This document shows positions 1 to 9,311 of a DNA stretch of 64,000 bases, piece after piece. Under the pieces are notes generated by a model. The model worked only from the letters and a program-made list of their open reading frames with translations. It ran no database searches and was not told where the DNA came from. Each line of letters opens with the position of its first letter. Positions within the stretch are counted from its first letter, which is position 1. Origin of the DNA: Bacillota bacterium (lineage in GTDB: Bacteria; Bacillota; Clostridia; Christensenellales; DTU072); NCBI GenBank assembly GCA_009781445.1, contig WQYD01000004.1:6768-70767 (forward strand), in the 5' to 3' direction. Made by a program: the position numbers and the translations under genes.

Positions 1-211
1 TTTCATAAAGCCCCCTATCAAGCGGATTATCCGCCCTTTATTCTATTTATGGTTTACCTTATTATTTTATAACGGAAAGCACCCATAAGTCAATTACAAT
101 AATAAAACCTACGAAAAGTTGCAATAACCTTAAAAAGTTACAATATCCTTTGAATTTTTCGCCGTAATAGTTTAAACTATTAGCTATCGGCGAAATTAAC
201 CGCTTAGAGGT

Positions 212-1837
212 ATGGAAGTTTTGGATAATAACAAACAGCAAGAAGAAAAAGATTTAACCTTAAATGAACCCTCTGCATTAGTGCCTGAGGGTATGGAAGA
301 ATCAAATAGCGAAAACGAATCTTTGCAAGAATGTGAGGTGAGTTCTGCCACAGGTGCAGAAGTTAACGAATGCGCAGGCGCAACTGCAAAACCTAATGCC
401 CCCAACCTTTCTTCAATTAAACTTAGCAAAAAAGCAATTATCGTTACGGTGCTGATTGTGTTTTCGCTTGTGGTGGCTTCTTACATATTAACCTTTTTGC
501 TTCCGCAAGGCGCGTACGATCGCGATCCCGATAGCGGTGCGATTATAGACGGTTCTTATAGGGAAACAGGTGGCGGAAATCTTCCCTTTTGGAAATTTTT
601 ACTTGCGCCCGTAATGATTTTAAATCCCACCGCGGGCGGTGCGGAAATCGTGTATGTGATAATTGCGCTTATGCTGATTATCGGCGCGGTGTTTACCGCG
701 TTGGACGCAAGCGGTATTTTGGTGTACATGGTGGATTCGCTTGCCAACCGATTTAAAAACAAGAAGTATATGCTTATCTTCGCGCTTTCCTTTGCTTTTA
801 TGTTTTTGGGAAGTGCGGCGGGCATGATTGAGGAACTTATTCCCCTTGTGCCGATAGTTATTTTGCTGTGCTATGCGTTCGGGTGGGACGCCCTTGTGGG
901 GCTTTCCGTTTCACTTTTATCCGCAGGTTGCGGATTCGCCGCGGGCGTAATAAATCCGTTTTCGGTGGGCGTGGCGCAAACGCTTGGCGGTTTGCCCCTC
1001 TTTTCGGGAATCCATATGCGGTTGCTTACCTTTGTGCTTGTGTACACGGCGGTTTCGGGGTTCACTTTTCTTTACGCTAAAAAAATTGATAAAAATCCTA
1101 AAAAATCCCTTGTTTATAAGGACGACATTGCCCGCAGGGCAGAATTTAGCGAACGGCTTGGAAATTTTGAAAAAGATCCTCAAAAAAGTAAAGCCCTAAA
1201 CTTCCTTGGGATTTTGGTGGGGGTTATCCTCGTTTCTTCCGTGGGCGCAATTTTTTGGCATGAACTTGCTAATTATATAATGTATATAGCGGCGGGGGTT
1301 TATATCGTGGGCGGTGTGGGCGCGGCAATGATATGCGGAATCCGCGGTAAAAAGCTATTAAAACTTCTCGCCAAAGGTTCGCTTACGCTATTGCCTGCCG
1401 TGGTTATGATTTTAATTGTGGGAAGTGTGCGCTATATAATTGAAGAGGGTGGCATAATGGATACCATTCTTTACAAATCCATTGGCTTGATTTCGGGCAG
1501 TTCCCCCTTTGTTGCCACGCTTTACATTTATCTGATTGTTATAATTTTTAATATCTTTATCCCCTCAGGTTCGGCAAAAGCCTTTTTGATAATGCCTATT
1601 ATCTTCCAAGTTTGCGCTGTGGTGGGCGTTCACCCCCAAACCGCCGTTCTTGCGTACGCTTTCGGGGACGGCTTTTCAAGCATGATGCTTCCCACCAATC
1701 CCATGCTTTTAATTATCCTTGGGCTTACCACAGTAACTTACCCCAAATGGCTAAAATTCGGCGCACCGATATTTTTAACAATTCTCGCCATAACCGTGGG
1801 CGTGCTTTTCTTGGCGCAAGCGGTGGTTTATGCTTAA
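212..1837 (+). CDS. Polytopic membrane transporter, YfcC/DcuC-like anaerobic carrier family, with an acidic low-complexity N-terminal extension
   Basis: 541-aa ORF with more than 10 hydrophobic helices (AIIVTVLIVFSLVVASYILTFLL, IVYVIIALMLIIGAVFTAL, FIPSGSAKAFLIMPIIFQV). Family call rests on overall resemblance only. AGAGG lies just upstream of the ATG. A repeat element and terminator follow. Confidence 0.7.
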   Translation: MEVLDNNKQQEEKDLTLNEPSALVPEGMEESNSENESLQECEVSSATGAEVNECAGATAKPNAPNLSSIKLSKKAIIVTVLIVFSLVVASYILTFLLPQGAYDRDPDSGAIIDGSYRETGGGNLPFWKFLLAPVMILNPTAGGAEIVYVIIALMLIIGAVFTALDASGILVYMVDSLANRFKNKKYMLIFALSFAFMFLGSAAGMIEELIPLVPIVILLCYAFGWDALVGLSVSLLSAGCGFAAGVINPFSVGVAQTLGGLPLFSGIHMRLLTFVLVYTAVSGFTFLYAKKIDKNPKKSLVYKDDIARRAEFSERLGNFEKDPQKSKALNFLGILVGVILVSSVGAIFWHELANYIMYIAAGVYIVGGVGAAMICGIRGKKLLKLLAKGSLTLLPAVVMILIVGSVRYIIEEGGIMDTILYKSIGLISGSSPFVATLYIYLIVIIFNIFIPSGSAKAFLIMPIIFQVCAVVGVHPQTAVLAYAFGDGFSSMMLPTNPMLLIILGLTTVTYPKWLKFGAPIFLTILAITVGVLFLAQAVVYA

Positions 1838-1840
1838 AAT

Positions 1841-1990
1841 AATTCAGAATTAAGAATTCAGAATGCAGAATTGAAGATTAATTATTAATGAGATTTAGAT
1901 TCCTTCATGTTTCTCGTTTCATGTTTCTCGTTTCTCGTTTCATTTTTCAATTCCCCCCTAATCCCTTGTCCCTAATCCCTAATCCCTAAT
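1841..1990. repeat. Mosaic intergenic element: core AATGAGATTTAGATTCC (1887-1903) flanked by 7-nt-periodic modules (ATTCAGA/ATTAAGA/ATGCAGA), (TTTCTCG/TTTCATG)n and (CCCTAAT)n
   Basis: Read directly; the same core and modules recur in most intergenic gaps of the window. Confidence 0.85.
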
Positions 1991-2016
1991 AAAAAACCGC
2001 CTTTCAGCGGTTTTTA
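1991..2016 (+). terminator. Rho-independent terminator
   Basis: AAAAAACCGC-CTTTCA-GCGGTTTTTATT: GC stem plus T-run downstream of the transporter gene. Confidence 0.8.
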
Positions 2017-2072
2017 TTCGCCGTGGCAGTTTTTATATTTACAAAAAACGGATTGTAATATATAATATAAGT

Positions 2073-3161
2073 ATGGCAACCGTGCAAGCAAAGCAAATCT
2101 CGTATTTTGACAATCTGACTGCTGAGATTGCTTTTCCGTGTCGCATTGTTAACAAGAGTTTTACTAATGTAGAGTTGTTTGCTGGTTGTGGCGGTTTGGC
2201 TCTCGGGCTTGAACAGGCAGGATTTGATACCTTAATGTTAAATGATTTTGACAATTCTGCGTGCCAAACATTAAAACAAAATCGCCCAAATTGGAAAGTT
2301 ATTTGTGAGGATATAACGAAACTTTCAAGCGAAGATTTATTAAAACAATTAAACCTTAAAAGGGGCGAATTGGATTTATTGTCGGGCGGTTATCCTTGCC
2401 AAAGTTTTAGTTACGCTGGCAAAAAACTTGGCATTGACGATGTTCGCGGAACTATGTTTTATCACTTCGCACAAATCTTAAAGCAATTATATCCAAAAAT
2501 GTTTTTAGCGGAAAATGTTAAGGGCCTTGTTAATCACGATGACGGTAAAACACTCAAAACCATGATAGAGGTGTTTGCCGAAGTCGGTTACAATGTTCAA
2601 TTTAAAGTTCTAAACGCGTGGGAACACGGCGTAGCACAAAAGCGCGAAAGAGTAGTTATTATCGGAATCCGTAAAGATTTAAATATTCAATATGACTTTC
2701 CAAAAACGCAATCGTATAAGCCAACGCTGAAAGACGCATTAAAAGATGTTCCGAAATCACAGGGTGCAAAATACCCCGAAAGCAAAGCAAAAGTTTTTGA
2801 CCTTGTGCCTCAAGGCGGTTGCTGGCGACATTTACCGCAAGACATAGCAAAAGAATACATGAAAGGCAGTTACAATCTTGGCGGTGGAAAAACTGGTATC
2901 GCAAGACGAATTTCATGGAACGAACCAAGTTTAACCCTCACTTGTTCGCCCGCACAAAAACAAACTGACCGTTGCCACCCAGACGAAACGCGACCCTTTA
3001 CGGTTCGCGAATACGCAAGAATACAATCATTTCCAGACGACTGGGCTTTTGTGGGAACAATCACAAATCAATATAAACAAATCGGAAATGCTGTGCCGGT
3101 AAACTTCGCAAAAGAAATAGGCTTAACCATTTTGAAAGCATTGAAGGGGGCAGAAGAATAA
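2073..3161 (+). CDS. DNA (cytosine-5)-methyltransferase, type II R-M
   Basis: All canonical m5C motifs are present: I ELFAGCGGLALG, IV GGYPCQSFS, VI ENVKGL, VIII QKRERV, IX REYARIQSFPDDW, X QIGNAVPV. Confidence 0.95.
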   Translation: MATVQAKQISYFDNLTAEIAFPCRIVNKSFTNVELFAGCGGLALGLEQAGFDTLMLNDFDNSACQTLKQNRPNWKVICEDITKLSSEDLLKQLNLKRGELDLLSGGYPCQSFSYAGKKLGIDDVRGTMFYHFAQILKQLYPKMFLAENVKGLVNHDDGKTLKTMIEVFAEVGYNVQFKVLNAWEHGVAQKRERVVIIGIRKDLNIQYDFPKTQSYKPTLKDALKDVPKSQGAKYPESKAKVFDLVPQGGCWRHLPQDIAKEYMKGSYNLGGGKTGIARRISWNEPSLTLTCSPAQKQTDRCHPDETRPFTVREYARIQSFPDDWAFVGTITNQYKQIGNAVPVNFAKEIGLTILKALKGAEE

Positions 3162-3895
3162 TGGCATACTTAGATTTTATAAGTAACGAAAATTTAGAGA
3201 AACATATCAGAGAAACTATCCTTAAATACGGCGATAGCCTCAAAGGCATTAACCTTGCAACTTTTAACAAAAATATTATTGACCCTATCAAGCTTACTTT
3301 TGACAGCATTGTGTTTAATAAGGATATTGAACAAATCATAGTCGCCGAACTAATACGGCAACGCGATAAAACAAATTCAAACACAATCGGTTATTTTAAC
3401 CAAAACATTTTCAAATATATTGAAGGTTGCGAAGTGCCAACGCATGGCTTTGATGTCATTTTCCACGGGAAGAAAACCGTTTATGTTGAAATAAAGAACA
3501 AGCACAATACAATGAACTCATCGTCCTCGCAAAAAACATTTATGCGGATGTTGAACCAAGTTTCAAAAGACCAAAATTGCGAATGTTACCTTGTTGAAAT
3601 AATCGCAAAGAAAAGCCAACATGTTGTTTGGAAAATGTCGCTTGACGGCGAACAAACTTCAAACGAAAGAATATATCGCGTTTCTGTTGACAAGTTTTAT
3701 GAATTTATTACTGGGGATAAAGGTGCTTTTGCTAAACTATGCGAAGTTTTACCGCAAGTTATAACAAAAATAGTCAAAACCGATTTTGCAAGCAAAATTG
3801 AACAAGACACCGTTTACAGCGAATTAAAAGAACACAGCAAAGATTTACTTAGGGCATTATACTTGCTTGCGTTTAAAACTTATGAAGGGTTTTAA
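3161..3895 (+). CDS. Putative type II restriction endonuclease (PD-(D/E)xK fold), partner of the m5C methyltransferase
   Basis: Its start overlaps the methylase stop (TAATG). It has a PD-(D/E)xK-like catalytic pattern GFD98 ... VE110-I-K112 (nt 3452-3496). Size (244 aa) and position are typical of a cognate REase. Specificity is not determinable. Confidence 0.65.
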   Translation: MAYLDFISNENLEKHIRETILKYGDSLKGINLATFNKNIIDPIKLTFDSIVFNKDIEQIIVAELIRQRDKTNSNTIGYFNQNIFKYIEGCEVPTHGFDVIFHGKKTVYVEIKNKHNTMNSSSSQKTFMRMLNQVSKDQNCECYLVEIIAKKSQHVVWKMSLDGEQTSNERIYRVSVDKFYEFITGDKGAFAKLCEVLPQVITKIVKTDFASKIEQDTVYSELKEHSKDLLRALYLLAFKTYEGF

Positions 3896-3898
3896 TGA

Positions 3899-4636
3899 TT
3901 GATGGGCTTGAACAAGTGCGAAACTTTGATGGTAAAAAATATTGCTGAAAAAATTCGGCACTTATTTTTCATTACTCAAATGATGATAAAAAACTTTGAT
4001 GATTTCAAAGAGTCATGTTCTTTTATAGCGAAAAGAAATTCGCAAATATTTTTTCGATCAAAAACCGAAGAAGAAAAAGAAGAAGTGTATTGCCATTTCG
4101 CAAGACCTTTTTATAATTGTTTGGAAATGTACTATGCGGTAACACAGCATTTTGATGTAGTAAAAAATCAAAATAAGGATAACATAAAGTTTATCGCGAA
4201 GTACGATATAAACTGGAAAGAAAAGAATTTGAGTAGCAATGAAACAAAATTTCTCAATGGAATGCGTAGTTACATAACGCATTACCAAATACCTATTTTA
4301 ACTATCAGAACCGCTGAGTTTCCTTGCGGATTACATACTCAGTTGCTGATAAGCAAAAACTCACTGTTGGGATATGACGGTTGGACTAAACAAGCAAAGA
4401 ACTTTATTGAAACTTATTACAAAAAAACTGAACCTATTAAAATACCGCTTTGTGAAGATTGCGAATATGCTAGAGAAAACTCAAGTGGCTTAGTTCAATG
4501 CAAAGGGCTTTATAAAGAGTGTAAGGACATTGAAATAGCCCCTATCGTAGAAAGGTGCATTAACAACGCGGTTCACTTTTATAACTGGCTTGTGTCGGCT
4601 CTTGCAAGTGAATGCAAAGAAGAAATTGGCGAATAG
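3899..4636 (+). CDS. Hypothetical protein downstream of the R-M pair; possible HEPN-like (Rx4H) protein with a Cys-rich C-terminal part
   Basis: 245-aa ORF (TTG at 3899, ATG at 3902), 4 nt after the REase stop. Motif MRSYITH (R123-x4-H128, nt 4265-4282) fits the HEPN Rx4-6H signature. It also has a CEDCEY...CKGLYKECKD cluster. No family recognised. Confidence 0.7.
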   Translation: MMGLNKCETLMVKNIAEKIRHLFFITQMMIKNFDDFKESCSFIAKRNSQIFFRSKTEEEKEEVYCHFARPFYNCLEMYYAVTQHFDVVKNQNKDNIKFIAKYDINWKEKNLSSNETKFLNGMRSYITHYQIPILTIRTAEFPCGLHTQLLISKNSLLGYDGWTKQAKNFIETYYKKTEPIKIPLCEDCEYARENSSGLVQCKGLYKECKDIEIAPIVERCINNAVHFYNWLVSALASECKEEIGE

Positions 4637-4686
4637 AGAACCTGATTAAGCCCTTGTGGAATTATTTTATTAAGCATTTCTCTTAA

Positions 4687-4764
4687 CAAGATTTAGAATC
4701 CACAATTCGTACTTCTCATAATGAGATTTAGATTCCTTCCCTATGCCCTATAACCTATGCCCTC
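4687..4764. repeat. Mosaic intergenic element: partial core at 4689, full core 4730-4746, (CCCTATG)n arm
   Basis: Read directly. Confidence 0.8.
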
Positions 4765-4797
4765 AAAAAAACACCGCTTCTGCGGTGCTTTTTTTTA
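4765..4797. terminator. Bidirectional rho-independent terminator between convergent genes
   Basis: AAAAAAACACCGC-TTCT-GCGGTGCTTTTTTTT: A-run and T-run flank a GC stem. Confidence 0.8.
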
Positions 4798-4808
4798 GAT
4801 TCTCTTAA

Positions 4809-4982
4809 TTATCTTCTGTTAGAGTTTCTGTCTTGCCATTGGCGTTGTTTTTTTGCTTTACGGCAATCAAAACATCTTGTGGGTTCGTTGTCAAAGCCTT
4901 TTTCTTTGTAAAATTCTTGTTCGCGAACGGTAAAAGTGAAATCTTTTCCGCAATCTTTGCATTTAAGCGTTTTATCCTGCAT
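4809..4982 (-). CDS. Small zinc-ribbon protein (zf-trcl-like, CxxC...CxxC), 57 aa; absent from the supplied ORF track (below the 60-aa cutoff)
   Basis: Hand translation gives MQDKTLKCKDCGKDFTFTVREQEFYKEKGFDNEPTRCFDCRKAKKQRQWQDRNSNRR. GGAGG lies 8 nt upstream of the ATG. There is a sigma-A-like promoter upstream and a terminator downstream. Confidence 0.8.
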   Translation of the reverse strand: MQDKTLKCKDCGKDFTFTVREQEFYKEKGFDNEPTRCFDCRKAKKQRQWQDRNSNRR

Positions 4983-5076
4983 TTCCTGTGCCTCCTTCCA
5001 TTTTCCCGAACAATATTTATAAAGATTTTTTTAAGGATATTCCTTAAGCAGTATTAATTTTTATCGGCTTATTTAC

Positions 5077-5105
5077 AATATACAACACGCGCGAAACAGT
5101 GTCAA
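5077..5105 (-). promoter_or_regulatory. Sigma-A-type promoter for the zinc-ribbon gene
   Basis: On the minus strand: TTGACA (5105-5100), a 17-nt spacer, then TATATT (5082-5077). Confidence 0.5.
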
Positions 5106-5131
5106 GTGTTTTTCGCGTTATGTGCTTTGTT

Positions 5132-5332
5132 CTAACTGTTTAGCGCAAGATACACGATTAGCACAATTATGCCAAGCGCAAGAACCGCACCAAGGAAGAT
5201 ACCGCAACCGTTTCTGCGCCCTGTGCAACCTCTGCGCCTGCCAAGGCGGTGTCCGCTGTTACCACCGCGTGCCTTGTTATGATAATTGCGGTTTCTGTTA
5301 TTGTTATTAAAATTAAATTTTGCTTTACCCAT
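5132..5332 (-). CDS. Possible small tail-anchored membrane protein (66 aa)
   Basis: Asn/Arg/Gly-rich N-terminus followed by one clear C-terminal TM helix (IFLGAVLALGIIVLIVYLAL). No convincing RBS. Confidence 0.3.
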   Translation of the reverse strand: MGKAKFNFNNNNRNRNYHNKARGGNSGHRLGRRRGCTGRRNGCGIFLGAVLALGIIVLIVYLALNS

Positions 5333-5356
5333 GTTTATTAATTATGAATTATTTTT

Positions 5357-5504
5357 CAGCGCACAGCGCACAACGCACAGCGCACAGTGAAGGAATTATT
5401 TATTAATGAGATTCAGATTCCGCGCCTGTTGCCTATTGCCTGTTGCCTCAATAATGAGATTTAGAATCCACCATTGTGCGCTGTGCGCTGTGCGTTGTGC
5501 GCTG
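5357..5504. repeat. Nested mosaic hairpin element: (CAGCGCA)n ... core 5405 ... (GCCTGTT)n ... core 5453 ... (TGCGCTG)n
   Basis: The outer arms are reverse complements of each other; two cores lie inside. Confidence 0.85.
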
Positions 5505-5521
5505 TAAAACGCGTTCCGCGT

Positions 5522-6064
5522 TTAGAAATTATCCGCCTTAACCTCAAAGTACGCCTGCGGGTGTGCGCAGACGGGGCATTTGATTGGCGCTTTGTCATTA
5601 TCCATTATATATCCGCAGTTACGGCAAATCCAGCTTGTTTTTTGCGGTTTTGCAAATATTGTGCCGTTTTCAATGCCTTTTAATAATTTTGTATAGCGTT
5701 CTTCGTGTTCTTTTTCAATATTGCCCACTTTTTCAAAGAGGAAAGCAATATCGTTAAACCCTTCTGCGCGCGCTTCTTCTGCCATGCGCTTGTACATACT
5801 CGTCCATTCTTCGTTCTCACCGCTTGCGGAAGCCTTTAAATTTTCCACGGTTGAGGGGATTTCGCCACCGCAAAGAAGTTTAAACCAAATTTTTGCATGT
5901 TCCTTTTCGTTACCTGCGGTTTCTTCAAAGAAAGAGGCGATTTGTTCATAGCCGTCTTTTCTTGCTTTAGACGCAAAATATGTGTACTTATTGCGCGCTT
6001 GGCTTTCACCTGCGAACGCTTCTGCTAAATTCTTTTCAGTTTTTGTTCCTTTTAAATTTGCCAT
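5522..6064 (-). CDS. rbr: Rubrerythrin
   Basis: N-terminal diiron ferritin-like domain (EAFAGESQARNKY, GNEKEHAKIW, EKEHEERY) plus a C-terminal rubredoxin-type CRNCG...CPVC. Confidence 0.95.
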   Translation of the reverse strand: MANLKGTKTEKNLAEAFAGESQARNKYTYFASKARKDGYEQIASFFEETAGNEKEHAKIWFKLLCGGEIPSTVENLKASASGENEEWTSMYKRMAEEARAEGFNDIAFLFEKVGNIEKEHEERYTKLLKGIENGTIFAKPQKTSWICRNCGYIMDNDKAPIKCPVCAHPQAYFEVKADNF

Positions 6065-6265
6065 GTTTTACACCTCATTAGTTTTTGTGATTTCATTATA
6101 CCACAAAATTTTGGCAATAATCATTGTTTCCTTAATTTTTACATTTTTTTTCGCGTGGCGCGCATTTTGTTTACAACGGTGAAGCATTTGTAATATACTT
6201 GTACTAATACCTATTATTACGCGCGCATTATCATAGCGCACAAAAGGTGTTAAAGGATAAACAAA

Positions 6266-8140
6266 ATGGCAAATTTATTAAAAAAGTTTTCTTTCACGAA
6301 TGATATTGCAGATGTTCTTGCAAATTGCAAAAGCGTTACGATTCCAAGAACCAAGGACGAACTCGTTTCCCTTGCTTTTGGCGGAACGGGCGCAAACAGC
6401 TTTGATGTGGTTTACGATGTAAAGGGCAAGCCTTTTAAGGAAGCCACTATCGTGCGTTGCAAAAACGGCGCGGCGGTTAATTACTGCGAGGATTATATGC
6501 GCAGGCGCGATCCTGATTGCATGGCAATTGCAGACGATCTTCCCACAGATAAGCCAAGGTTTAAGGATTTATACGGCAAAGATTTCTCTTCCTTGAGAAA
6601 ACAAACTTACGAATGGCTTAAAGGGCAGGATCTACTTGTGATGCCCGTTATGTCCGGCGGAACAACTTACGGTTCTGAAACAGTGCTTATCGCACCCAAA
6701 AACGCGGCGTTCTTTGCTTGCGGATTTGCGGATTTGCAATTCCTTGTGAATATCAGCGAATACAAGGGAACATTTAAACCAAAGGTGGTTCTTTTCCTTG
6801 CGCCCCCTTTCAGGCACACTTTCTTTAGCAAAAAGCAAATGGTTGTGCATAACCGCTTGCCTGAACTTTATGAAATGTTTTCTTACAATTTATACCCTGG
6901 CCCCAGTGCCAAGAAAGGCATTTACGGCTTCTTATTGCATGAAGGCGAAAGAGAAGGCTGGATAACCGCGCACGCTTCGGCGGTAAAAGTTATTACCCCT
7001 TATGAAAACGAAATCGTTATCATGCACGAGGGCGCAAGCGGTGGCGGAAAATCTGAAATGGGTGAAAATATCCACAAAGAACCTAACGGAAAAATCCTTA
7101 TCGGGCAGAATGTGGAAACAAAAGAAAAGTTCCATATGCTTTTGGACGAACCTTGCGAACTTCAACCAGTGGCAGACGATATGGCTTTATGCCACCCCAA
7201 AATGCAAAACGAATCTCAAAAACTTGTGATTCAAGACGCGGAAAACGGTTGGTTCTTAAGGCTTGATCACATTAAGCATTACGGCACTGAACCTGTTCGT
7301 GAAAAACTTACCATTCACCCCCCCGAACCCCTTGTATTTATAAATATTCAAGGCGCACCCGATGCAACCTGCTTAATTTGGGAACATACTATTGATTCAA
7401 ACGGACAACCCTGCCCCAATCCGCGCGTGGTTATGCCAAGATCACTTATGCCGGGGATTGTTAGCGGGCCTGTGGAAGTGGATTTGAGAAGTTTCGGCGT
7501 CCGCACCCCCCCATGTACTGCAAAACGCCCAACTTACGGAATTTTGGGCATGATTCAAGTTGTACCCCCTGCGCTTGCATGGCTTTGGCGACTCGTTGCG
7601 CCACGCGGGCATAACAACCCAAGCATAGTGGAAACAGAGGGCATGACGAGTGAGGGAATCGGTTCTTACGGCCCGTTCTTAACAGGAAAGCGCGTTGCCC
7701 ACGCAAACATTTTGCTAAAGCAAATTATTGATTCCCCCGCCACGCGCTATATGGTTATTCCTAACCAACACATAGGTTGCATAAAGGTAGGGTTTATGCC
7801 ACAATGGATTGCACGCGAATATGTGGCACGCCGTGGCAGTGCGAAATTTAAAGCAGAACAGCTTGTGCCTGCGCGTTGCGCACTTCTTGGCTACTGCCTT
7901 GAAAGTTTAAAAGTAGACGGGCAATATATAGGCAAGAGTTTCTTGCAACCCGAAACGCAAAAAGAAGTGGGTGCAGAGGCTTACGATCTCGGTGCAAAAA
8001 TGCTTAGCGATTTCTTCAAAAAGCAACTCGCCGATTTTGACACACCCGAACTTGATCCCCTCGGCAAAAAGATTATTGATCTTTGCATGAACGATGCTAC
8101 GCTTGAGGAATATCTTGAATTGATACCAATGAGGTTATAG
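6266..8140 (+). CDS. Conserved hypothetical P-loop protein (PEPCK/HprK-like nucleotide-binding motif; possibly the DUF4914 family)
   Basis: 624-aa ORF with the Walker-A-like motif HEGASGGGKSEM (nt 7025-7060). The family name is from memory only and is not verified. Confidence 0.75.
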   Translation: MANLLKKFSFTNDIADVLANCKSVTIPRTKDELVSLAFGGTGANSFDVVYDVKGKPFKEATIVRCKNGAAVNYCEDYMRRRDPDCMAIADDLPTDKPRFKDLYGKDFSSLRKQTYEWLKGQDLLVMPVMSGGTTYGSETVLIAPKNAAFFACGFADLQFLVNISEYKGTFKPKVVLFLAPPFRHTFFSKKQMVVHNRLPELYEMFSYNLYPGPSAKKGIYGFLLHEGEREGWITAHASAVKVITPYENEIVIMHEGASGGGKSEMGENIHKEPNGKILIGQNVETKEKFHMLLDEPCELQPVADDMALCHPKMQNESQKLVIQDAENGWFLRLDHIKHYGTEPVREKLTIHPPEPLVFINIQGAPDATCLIWEHTIDSNGQPCPNPRVVMPRSLMPGIVSGPVEVDLRSFGVRTPPCTAKRPTYGILGMIQVVPPALAWLWRLVAPRGHNNPSIVETEGMTSEGIGSYGPFLTGKRVAHANILLKQIIDSPATRYMVIPNQHIGCIKVGFMPQWIAREYVARRGSAKFKAEQLVPARCALLGYCLESLKVDGQYIGKSFLQPETQKEVGAEAYDLGAKMLSDFFKKQLADFDTPELDPLGKKIIDLCMNDATLEEYLELIPMRL

Positions 8141-8168
8141 AAAAAAGCCACCGAAGGGTGGCTTTTTT
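8141..8168 (+). terminator. Rho-independent terminator
   Basis: AAAAAAGCCACC-GAAG-GGTGGCTTTTTT. Confidence 0.85.
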
Positions 8169-8324
8169 AATTAAGAATTAAGAATTCAGAATGCAGAATT
8201 GTGGAATCTAAATCTCATTGTTGAGGGGGCAGGTTGCAGGATGCAGGATGCAGGGTTGGATTCTAAATATCATTATTAGTTAAATAATCCATAATTCTGA
8301 ATTCTGAATTCTGAATTCTTAATT
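8169..8324. repeat. Mosaic hairpin element: (AAGAATT/CAGAATT)n, core 8203, (GCAGGTT/GCAGGAT)n, core 8258, (AATTCTG)n
   Basis: Read directly; the outer ATTCAGA-type arms are inverted copies of each other. Confidence 0.85.
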
Positions 8325-8336
8325 GCGGAAAACGCA

Positions 8337-9194
8337 TTATGCGTTTTTCGTTGTCGCACTCACTAAAACATATTCCACTTTTTCTTCAATCATTTTAAGC
8401 GGTAGATAAAAGCTGTTATTATTATTTTCTGCGGAACTGCCTTCAATAGAGAAACTTTTTTCGCTATACCAAACTTCCATAGAAGTGCCGATTGGGGCGG
8501 AAGTTCTTGTGATTGTGGCTTTGATTACCCTCATGGTTTTTGCTGAACCCTCTTCGCCGAATGTGAATGTTTGGCTTGTTCTGCCGTGGGAAGCGATTCT
8601 TACCGATGCCGTTTGCCCATTAAGAGGATTGATAAGCGTGGTGTTAATTGTGTGTGCGCTTTCAATTTCGTCATACACTCTTAAGATTACATAAAGAAGT
8701 GAATTATCAAGCGCGTTGCCTGCTTTCACGCTTTGTTCTTTACCGCCTTGCTGTTTGTAAAGATAATTTTTACCGCTTAGGCGCGCCGTTGCGGTTGAGG
8801 TTACTTCGCCCTCACTGTTATAGGATTCGCTGTAGCTTGCCAAGGATTGGAAATTCCTCATAATGCTAACCGTGCGCGTTACCCTTATAGTTTGGGCTTC
8901 GTCCTTGTACACGGTTTGGGTGTAGCGCATTCCGCGAAGCGCGTTTGATTCAATTTTGAACTTTCTGTCCCCATGCCCCTCAAGCGTGTGTTCGCCCATG
9001 GGTAGCGTTTCAATTTCCGTCACAAGGTAGCCAAGGATTTCGCCACCCTCTTTGTTTTCACGCATTTCATAAGTTAAGCGTTCGTAGTCCGCCCAAGCCG
9101 TCCCCGGCAAGGGTGAAGAAGAACAACCCGTGAACATAAAAGACGCGCCAAGCGCGATAACAAGAATTAAAACAATTAGCAAGGCTTTTTTCAT
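8337..9194 (-). CDS. Lipoprotein, function unknown
   Basis: Signal peptide with lipobox MKKALLIVLILVIALGASFMFTGC. Confidence 0.8.
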   Translation of the reverse strand: MKKALLIVLILVIALGASFMFTGCSSSPLPGTAWADYERLTYEMRENKEGGEILGYLVTEIETLPMGEHTLEGHGDRKFKIESNALRGMRYTQTVYKDEAQTIRVTRTVSIMRNFQSLASYSESYNSEGEVTSTATARLSGKNYLYKQQGGKEQSVKAGNALDNSLLYVILRVYDEIESAHTINTTLINPLNGQTASVRIASHGRTSQTFTFGEEGSAKTMRVIKATITRTSAPIGTSMEVWYSEKSFSIEGSSAENNNNSFYLPLKMIEEKVEYVLVSATTKNA

Positions 9195-9311
9195 ACTGAA
9201 AGTATACCAATTTTTTTGGCAAGTGTAAACCTAATTTTAAATGTATAGGGAAGTTTTAAAAGGCAATAATTTTGAGGAACAAAATAAGCAACGAATTATT
9301 GAGGTATTTTT

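Noticed and set aside
1-211. Possible minus-strand gene start at the extreme left edge (TTTCAT at 1-6)
   Set aside because: Only two codons would lie inside the window, so it cannot be supported.
1950-1990. Telomere-like CCCTAAT heptad repeats
   Set aside because: This is one of about a dozen different 7-mer arm types attached to the same core, embedded in a bacterial chromosome between a gene and its terminator. It is not a chromosome end.
5122-5310. Plus-strand 62-aa Cys-rich ORF
   Set aside because: It overlaps a somewhat more plausible minus-strand tail-anchored peptide. It has no RBS and an extreme Cys/Arg content.
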